Position numbers and translations under genes: made by a program. Below are positions 55,901-64,000 of a stretch of DNA of 64,000 nucleotides, one piece after another. Location of the stretch: positions 62,684,001 to 62,748,000 of the forward strand of contig NC_087436.1 in assembly GCF_036321535.1 (NCBI RefSeq). Reading direction: 5' to 3'. The notes beneath the pieces are model-generated. The model did not search any database. It was not told the origin of the DNA and saw only the letters and a list, made by a program, of their open reading frames with translations. Each line of letters opens with the position of its first letter. Within the stretch, counting starts at the first letter, position 1. The stretch is from Camelus dromedarius. Lineage: Eukaryota.

Positions 55901-57659
55901 ATTATGAGAATACTATAAACAATTATAAAGCAATGAATATAGTGATCTCAAAGGAAAGGATAAATTCCTGAAACATACAGCCTACCAAGACTGAATCATA
56001 AAGAAATAGAAAATCTGAGCAGACCAATTACTTGTAAAGATACTGATCAGTAATCAAAAACCTCCCAAGAAACAAAAGTCCAAGACCAGGCAGCTTCAGG
56101 GTGAATTCTACCATTCAAAAGAATACTAATCCTCAAACTGTTCCCAAAACAGACAAGGAAGGAACACTTCCAAACACATCTTACAAGTTCAGCATTACCC
56201 TAAAACCAAAATCAGACAGTTTCAATCTTGCTGTTGAATATGAATGTAAATATCCTCAATAATATATATATAGAGAGAGAGAGAGCAAAGAATCAACAAT
56301 ACATTAAAAGGATCATACAATATGATCAAGTGGGATTTATTCCATGGATGCAAGAATGAATCAACATCTGCAAAAAATAAATGTGAGATACCATATTAAC
56401 AAAATAAAGGATAAAAATCATATGATTCTCTCAATAGATGCAAAGAAAGCATTGGATATAGTTCAACATCCATTTATGATAAAAACTCTCAACAAAACGG
56501 GTATGGAAGGAATATATCTTAATATAATAAAGGCCATATATGAAACAGGACCAAAGATAACATTATACTCAACGTTTAATAGCTGAAATCTTGTGTTTTA
56601 TGTTCTGGAATCAGACACTATCACCATTTTGATTCAATATAATATTAGAAGTCTTATCCAGAGAACTTAAACAAGAAAAAGAAATTTAAAAGCATTTATA
56701 TTGGCAAGGAAGAAGTAAAATAGTTACTCTTTGCAGATGACAAGGTATTATATAGAAAAAACTCTAACAACCCCATTTAAAAAAAATGTTAGAACTGATC
56801 AATAAATTCAGCAAAGTTGCTAAACACAGAATCAATACCACAATGGCCATCATGAAAAGTATACCATGGTCTCCCCATGCCAGAATGAAGAGGAAAGGGA
56901 AACCTTGTACATTGTTGGTGGGAATGTAAATTGGAGCAGTCACTTTGGAAAACAGTAAAAACCTAAAAATAGCACCATGACATGATCCAGAAATTCTATT
57001 CCTATATATCTGGAAAAGTGAAAACTCTCATTCAAAAAGATACACGTGCTTCAATGTTTATAGCAACACTATTTACTGTAGCCAAGACATGGAAGTCATC
57101 CAAGTGCCCATCAACAGACAATGGGATTAAGAAGAATATACACATACACACACACACACACACACATACATATACATATACACACACACATACATATATA
57201 TAATGAAGTATTATATGCATAATGAAATATTACTCAGCCATAAAAAAGAATGAAATACTGCCCCCTGCAGCAGTGTGGAAAAACCTGGAGGATATTACGC
57301 TTAATGAAATAAGTCAGACAAAGACAAGTACTATATGATCTCACTTAGGTATGGAATCTAAAAAATACAAGCAAATGTATATAAAAAACAGACTCATATA
57401 GATAGAAAAACTTGTGGTTACAAAAGGAGAAAGGAAAGGTGGTAGGGACTAATTAGGGATATGGGATTAACAGATACAAATTACTGTATTTAAAATAGGT
57501 AAGTAACAAAGATATACTGAATAGCACAGGGAACTATACTCATTATCTTATAATAACCTATAATGGAATTTAATCTGCAAAAATACTGATTCACTAGGCT
57601 GTACACCTCAAACTAACAATATTGTAAAATAACTATACTTCAATTTAAAAAAAAAAAAG
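52980..57659 (+). mobile_element. Degenerate LINE-1 with partial 5'UTR, ORF1, ORF2 (EN, RT), an internal ORF2 deletion at ~56838, 3'UTR and A-tail
   Basis: ORF1 piece MKNTITELK (53644); EN piece VVVGEFNTTLTPMNSSSRQKINKE (55148); RT piece [22 protein letters not shown] (56344); ttt gca gat gac = FADD at 56730-56741; (CA/TA)n at ~57140-57200; aactatacttcaattt then A-tail at ~57646-57659. Confidence 0.93.
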
Positions 57660-58817
57660 AGAGAGAAAAGTTTAATAGCAACTCCTGTAGTTGTACTCCT
57701 GTCACTTTGGGTTGATATCTGGAGATTTTCTTTTGCAGCTTAACTAGTAAATACTCCCTAAATATAATACTTAAAGGTATCCAGGTGTCATCGATGACAG
57801 GCACTTTTATTTCTTTGCAACTAAGACAATGGTTAAGCTTGACTTAAATAAAAAAAAAGTACCAACAGATTTATAATAAAGAAAATGTTTTAATACACAA
57901 AAGATTTTTTAAGTAAAGAGCATATTATTACATAATAAAGGCAAAAATACAGCTTTCCTTAAAATACATTTCTTTACCCTATCTCTTATTGTCTTAGCAC
58001 AAGCATCTAGATGTCATAGTTTTCCAATTATTTAAATTAATACAATAAATGTTGAATGAGTCATGTTATCTAAATCTTCATTTCCAATAACCAGTAGTTC
58101 CACCATATAATGTAAACTTATGACTCTATTCATTTAACACAAATTAAATTTGGTTTCTGCCATGACACTTAATATAAATCTTTGCTTCCAGAGCTTAATG
58201 ATTTTGTCCCTAAAATACAAAGCACCGCCAAATATTATCCCTCATTTGCCACAACAGCCTAAAACCTTTCTCTTCCGCCTTCAACTCAGCAATGATTATC
58301 TCAGGGAAACTGTAACACTGTTTTCCCTCTGCCTCTTTTTTAATGTACTCTCCATTTGACCCAAAATATTACTCTTGATACTATTATTTCCTTTTCTTAA
58401 GATTATTATTTGATTCACTGAAATCTAAAAACATTACATTGTATAAGATTCAAGTTTTAGTGTTAGTTTGTAAGCACGGAGGAAGCACTTAGGAAGCTAT
58501 GGTTATTTATTTTCTGTGTGGGACTGGGATCATTTGACTTTTACTCTCAGAAATTTTAGGTAAATTATTTCCTCTGTTAAATAACTTGGGCCTGAGTCTA
58601 TTTCCTGAGGATGATATAGTTCATTATACATATTTTGGAGAATGTTCTCACTCATAAGACTTTCCTTTCACTGGCTTCAGGCATAAGCTATGCAGTAAGA
58701 CATATGCCTGTACTAGATCACAGGGTTTTCTTTTGGCCTCAGGTAAATATAGGATGAATTACAGCTGGAAACCCAGAATAAGTGCAAAGAAAGGATTCTC
58801 CCCCTTATGTGTTTAGG

Positions 58818-58870
<53 letters not shown>
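58818..58870. repeat. Compound microsatellite (A)n(TA)n(CA)n
   Basis: Directly visible poly(A) followed by (TA)n and (CA)n. Confidence 0.95.
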
Positions 58871-59593
58871 TTCATATAAACCAACATACACACTTATATT
58901 TTATTTTTTCTCATGTGTTTTCATTCTTATTTTTTAAGCTTTCCAGGCATATAGGAATGAAATAGGCAATTGTGATTTGTTGTGTTTTGTTGAAAGCTTG
59001 TCACACTATTTTCAATCATATAGACTTTCCTTCAACTTCAACATACTCAGAAAATAAATTCATCTCAGTCACAGTCTTGGTGAAAACTGGTCTAACAGTT
59101 TAAATGTTTCTCTGGTTTTTGAGTGGCTATTGAAAAACTAAAATTGTTCTTGTATATTGCCTTCTATTTTATTGATTATCTTTTTCATTTTCAGAGCACT
59201 CAGTACAACAGAAATTGGTTTGACTTTTCCATAACTGTTCATTTTGATTGACTTTCTTGGGGACTCATATTCTCCTAAAATTTAATGAGTCATGTTTCTC
59301 CATTAGTAGGAGAAACCCAAAATATTTTTACTGGTCTATCGGCTTATTGTGGACTCCTCTGTCACTATGGCTTTTCAAAAACAGTCATATAGTTACTCAT
59401 CCTTATTTGACCTTAAAATCAAATACGCATTATCTCTCAGAAATCTTTCAGTACTCTAGCGAATTAGGTCAAAGCAATTGCAATCAATGTTTATTTTTCA
59501 GATGATAAAATTGGTTAGAGTTTGGCTCCTGGTTAAAAAAATGTGTATGAGATTTTTCAGAGCTGATACAACAGGCAATTACAAAGTCCTGTC

Positions 59594-60208
59594 TGGCAGG
59601 CCTCACGGGGGAGGGCTGGTCTCCCCATGCCAGACAGCGGCCGGCCAGTGCACTGCAGGCCTGAGGGTGCTGCAGCCAAGGTCTCAGGTCCGCTGGGCAG
59701 TCGCGGTCTCTACACACTTACCTTCTCAGCCTGTCTCCTTTCCTCCTAGGCCTCTTTACCTGAGGCCTTTGACTAAGTTCCTCTTCAGCTGCTTCCGCCA
59801 AGGATTCCTTTTCGCGAAGAGGCGGGGGAAGCCTTGAGGACACGTTTCCCCACTCTGACTCAGTACCCACGTTTTTTCCTCCTCCAAGCCGTACTTCTCC
59901 ACACTCCCATGACCCCAGAATTCAGTCCTCCAGATTCCAAAAGAACTACCAGAGCCTCTTGTCAGGAGAGCTCTCAGCGAAACACCTCACATCTGTGCTG
60001 AACCACCTGGCCCTCCACCAGAGAGCCCTTCCTTCAGGGAAAATGGTTCCGCGGGAGCCAGCCATTCCTCTGGTTCTGGATTCTTGCTTTTACCATCCCA
60101 GTAAGTGATTAAATGTCTAACTCTTTCATTTGTGTTTTGTGACTTTAACTGTCACTCCCACACCTGGGCAGATCGGCTCTCTCTCCCAAATCAGCAGAGC
60201 TCCTGACA
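59594..60208 (+). mobile_element. Solo LTR, ERVL-class (MER73/MER74/LTR53-like features), 615 bp
   Basis: TG...CA termini with short inverted ends (tggcagg / cctgaca), perfect 5-bp TSD ctgtc (59589-59593 and 60209-60213), ATTAAA at ~60108. A 5-bp TSD is typical of ERVL/MaLR. Confidence 0.85.
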
Positions 60209-60443
60209 CTGTCCTATAAAGACATGAGCTCCAAATTCCCAGTATAGGCCTCAGACCAGAAGGGGTCAAACAACTCAGATATTTCTCAAAGGAATGAATT
60301 TTTAACTTTTCTCCACCTTCTTAATTGGGCTTAGCTAAGGGAGACCCTCTATAGAGCTTCCACTAACAAATGGGATAATACAATTTTCACCTCTAGTGCA
60401 CAACACCTGTGTCAAAGCACAACAGAGTCTGTCTTAGTCCCTT

Positions 60444-61022
60444 TGTTAGACAGTTAGATAGAAATGAGCACTGGGCCAGGGGAGAGGAAGGGGGAGGGAA
60501 CAACCCAGAAAATAACAGTAAACCTGCACTCAGGATAAGAGGCTCCAAAATTTTTAACTTCTTTAAATGAGGGCTGGCGAAGAAGCCGACTAGGTTCAAA
60601 CGGTGCAGCTGCGCAGAAGAGAGAAGGACCCAGCTTAACTTGACCCAGTGCTCATTATAATGTAATGAACACTGCAGTTTGAGCCCCTCCCGAACGTTTC
60701 TCTGTGTGCACCATGGGTAAGAACACGCACAAAAGGGATGGGCGCGCCTGAGCACAAGGAAGGTGAGCCGCGAATCAACCAACCTCCAAAACGCCCCCTA
60801 CGCCAGGGTATGACGCAGGGAAACGAAGGAGCGGCGCCATTTTCCCTTCTGGATCCGCGCGCTCTCAGTTCTGGGGGCTGTACTGTATTTTACTTCCTAT
60901 CTACTTCAGTAATAAAGGCTTCTGTTTATATCACACTTTCTGTCTCTCATTAAAAAAAAATTTCATTTTTTTTCGGGTGATTAAGAACCGAGGTAATTTT
61001 CATTCCCCTCCTCCCCGTAACA
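60444..61022 (+). mobile_element. ERV (probably ERV1-class) solo LTR nested in MLT1A, 579 bp
   Basis: tgtta...taaca inverted termini, AATAAA at 60911-60916 followed by T-rich U5-like sequence, interrupts MLT1A 14 bp from its end. TSD not clean. Confidence 0.8.
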
Positions 61023-61350
61023 CCGGTATTTTTCTGTAACAAAAATACCATAAAAACAGCAGAAACTTATTTCTCACAGTTTTGGAGGCTGGGAAGTCCA
61101 GAATCAGGGCGCCAGTGCGATGAGACTCTGGTTAGAGCGCGCTTCTGAGTTTCCGAGCTCAGCCGCCTGACTTCCCGTATCCTCACAAGGTGAGAAAGAG
61201 GCAGTGAGGGCCCACCTGACTCTTATAAAGCCGTTAATCCCGTTAGTGAAGGCTCCACCCTCATGACGTAACCCAATCCTAATCACCTGCCTAAGGCCCC
61301 ACCTCCTAATACCGTCACCCTTGGGGGCCATAGTTTTCACTTAACGACTT
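60570..61350. promoter_or_regulatory. Candidate LTR-derived CpG-rich promoter
   Basis: Strongest CpG concentration in the window. YY1 CGCCATTTT 60835-60843, CRE-like TGACGCA 60811-60817 and TGACGTAA 61264-61271, MYB TAACGG x2 (minus; 61231-36, 61240-45), CCAAT 61273-77. Function is inferred only. Confidence 0.45.
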
Positions 61351-63380
61351 TTAAGGGGACACACACATGTAGTTCATAACAGAGCCTAATAAATTCCCTC
61401 TAAGGAAATTCCCTCAGCCTAATGCTGCTTCCCACCTCATTCCCTCCCCCACACACTCACCTTAGTTCCCCAATTTTAAGGAAGAAACAAACCAAACACC
61501 CTGAACACCAGTTTTGTCTTTCTTAATACTGTACTGCAAAAATACGTATTTTGGCTAGAAGTGCATTTTATTCCTCTTTCTTAATGTCTAAATCCTTCTC
61601 TTTTCCTCCAACACAACTTGCCGGTGAGGACTCATTCAAAATTAGAAACTGTAACAACTGACATATAAATCAGTCTTCTTTCCAGTAGGGTCTGCTGACT
61701 TCATGACAAATTTTATTATTTAAAATTAAACATCTTTATTGATCTCTGACTCTCAAGAGTCTTAAAAACCTTTGGGACCAAATTAAAGGTCGTGTTTTCA
61801 GTAGAAATAGAAAGGAATTCAAACTGTAAAGGCCCAAATTAGGACTTATTGAATGAAACTGCTTACCTAAAGTTGTAATTTTTTTTTTTTCCAAAATCGG
61901 TCATTCAGGTAGGAATGCTTTGCTTGTATCCACAGCATTAAAGGGCTTATTTACCTAATGCAGCTTGCAGCTGGAGCTTTCCCACCTTCGGAAGCTCCTA
62001 TCCTTAATTCCCATGTGTTATCTCTATAAACATTTTGTAAACTTAAATTTTCCTGAAGCTTTGAGGTTGGGGAATGTATCATATCTCATAACTTCAACTT
62101 TCTGTCATCCCACCTTAGTTTCTCCTTTGTTACTGTTTTGTTCAATTGTATGAGGAATTAAAAATATTCAACTTTTGCTTTGTCAAAAGCTGGCCCCACA
62201 TGCCCAACCCCAGCCCACACTCCACGCACATGGAATGTTAGAGCTAGACAGGTAGAATGGTGGTGTAAAACTTTCTCTTCTTTGAATTATTAGCTGTTTC
62301 TGCAATGTTATAAAGTTCATCTTTGTGGCAATAGAAATATGAGGGAAAAAGAAAATACCTCATGTGTGACTATTTAAATCTGGTTACACTCAAGTGATTT
62401 AAATGAGAGGGAAAAACAAAGAATGTACCTGATTCCTGATTTCCAAACTTAACAAAATCTAACAAATACAAATATTTTAACTCTTTAAAAGGGGATTTGA
62501 GAGAAGGCAAGAGAGGAGGGGTAGAGATATCAAAAGCATCACATATCCAGATTGCAGTTAAAATTAGTTTCCTTTTATAATCCAATTTATGCTTTGTTTA
62601 AGGGATACTAGTTTGCTCTAAGGACTGGCCAAGAAAATAAAGTTTATCTTTTGAGTAGAAAATCTGAATACAACTAAATGTGACTTTCAACTTTAAAAAA
62701 CGCATAGCTCAAAATTTGTGGAATGAAAAATCCTTAAGCTAAAACCCCTGTGTTTCCTGTTTAATCCGGTGTTTTTCACTGGTTGGGTGAGATTACTACT
62801 TATCCTAAGATACAGTTCTTCAGCTTCCACAGGTCTCAGGGTGCTTTTCTAAAAATTGTCTTGGATATTATTCTAATTTTACACAGCCATTTCCTCTGGT
62901 TTCTTAGCTTAGAAAATCCGGAGGCAGGTGTTTCACTGGATCCACCTTTCAAACATGCATAGCACAGTTCAGCTTTTTCCATGACTTAATTTTGTATTAC
63001 TTCAAGATACTGATTTTTTTTCCCTTATTCAACTCAGAATATGTATTATTTTGTTTATAATTTATACCTCTTATTTTTGTTTCTAATATTCTCTCAGGTC
63101 ACTTCTTGCATCACTGATCTTTGTGGTTATTTGTATCTAAACACATGTATCTCTTGAGGAGTCAACTCTGTTATTAACCACTAGAGGAAGTCAGTTTCTG
63201 TCTCTACTGACCACTACCATGAGCACTACAGTGCTGAGGGATTGTGATTGGTAGCTGCTTATAAAATGGAGGAAAAAAATAAAGCTATTTGGAAACAACT
63301 TTTCCAAATAAAGCACTTTATTAATATGATTTTATGATCAACTTTTTTCGAAGTATACTAAAAAATTCTGTGGGGTATAA

Positions 63381-63410
63381 TCTCTCTCTCTCTCTCTCTA
63401 TTATATATAT
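63381..63410. repeat. (TC)n(TA)n microsatellite
   Basis: Visible dinucleotide run. Another (CA)n lies at ~63913-63933. Confidence 0.9.
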
Positions 63411-64000
63411 GTCAGACTTAACAAAGCAAAATTACCTATTTCCCAAATGAAAAATAGTAGTAAGGTTTAGAAAAACAAAATATGATTTCCTTATTTGCAC
63501 TTGTTATAGATTATTGTCTTTACTTGAGGAGAGGTGGGTAGAAATTGATATAGGAGTTACTGTGCCTTTATATAGTATATACATGGTGTGGCAGATTAGA
63601 TTACAGTGTCTGTCATTCTTTTATCCATTTTATAATGCCCATGTAGAACATCTCCCACTAACATTCTGGAAACAAATATGGCTTGTGTGAACCCTATTAT
63701 AAAGTGACATAAAATTAACATTTACTGAATATTACCATGATCCAAAGCATTGCTCAAAGTATCTGACTTGTAGGAACTCATTTGTCATTTTATTTTATTG
63801 ATCATAAAACACAGGCCTGGAAAGAAACATATTTTAAACCAAGGCTGGCTTAAATACTATGGTATGTTTGATTGTTTCTGTTTGGATTCTGATTTTCAAG
63901 ATTTGCAAAAATACACACACACACACACACACAGTTATTTAAACTATTACTTTCTCTGGATTTCTGCCGTTAATTAATAAGCTATTTTAAGTCATTTAAA

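Larger units (their letters stand above)
60430..61381 (-). mobile_element. MLT1A-type MaLR solo LTR, split by an inserted ERV LTR
   Basis: tgtcttagtcc (60430-) | insertion | ctgtaacaaaaataccataaa...cagaaacttatttctcacagttttggaggctgggaagtcca...cctaaggccccacctcctaataccgtcacccttgggg...gggacacacacatgtagttcataaca. TSD gagtc/gagcc (60425-29, 61382-86). Confidence 0.9.

Noticed and set aside
59478..60953. GC-rich ORFs 59478-59837, 60393-60782 and 60738-60953
   Set aside because: They fall within solo LTRs, where higher GC lowers stop-codon frequency. No gag/pol/env similarity.
63178..63195. CTCF-like ccactagaggaag
   Set aside because: It mismatches two informative positions of the core (GGC to GAA), too weak to call without ChIP data.

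Overview
This is AT-rich, CpG-depleted mammalian genomic DNA, almost certainly camelid (camel/alpaca/llama), judged from a tRNA-derived vic-1-type SINE at 14629-14781. I saw no Alu, B1/B2, Bov-A/tA, PRE-1 or SINEC elements. I find no supportable protein-coding gene: the ORF track consists of degenerate LINE-1 ORF1/ORF2 fragments and chance ORFs. The window looks like intergenic or deep-intronic DNA dominated by fossil transposons: L1 of several ages (one young and TSD-flanked), L2, MIR, MaLR/ERV solo LTRs, and Tigger/MER2/MER3 DNA elements, several of them nested. The main anomaly is a three-LTR cluster at 59.6-61.4 kb that has kept or regained many CpGs, even inside an ancient MLT1A. It carries YY1, CRE, MYB and CCAAT motifs and splice sites on both strands, making it a candidate LTR-derived, possibly germline and bidirectional, promoter for non-coding transcripts. 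This is a hypothesis. Repeat family names come from recognition of consensus motifs without running RepeatMasker, and the boundaries of old elements are approximate.
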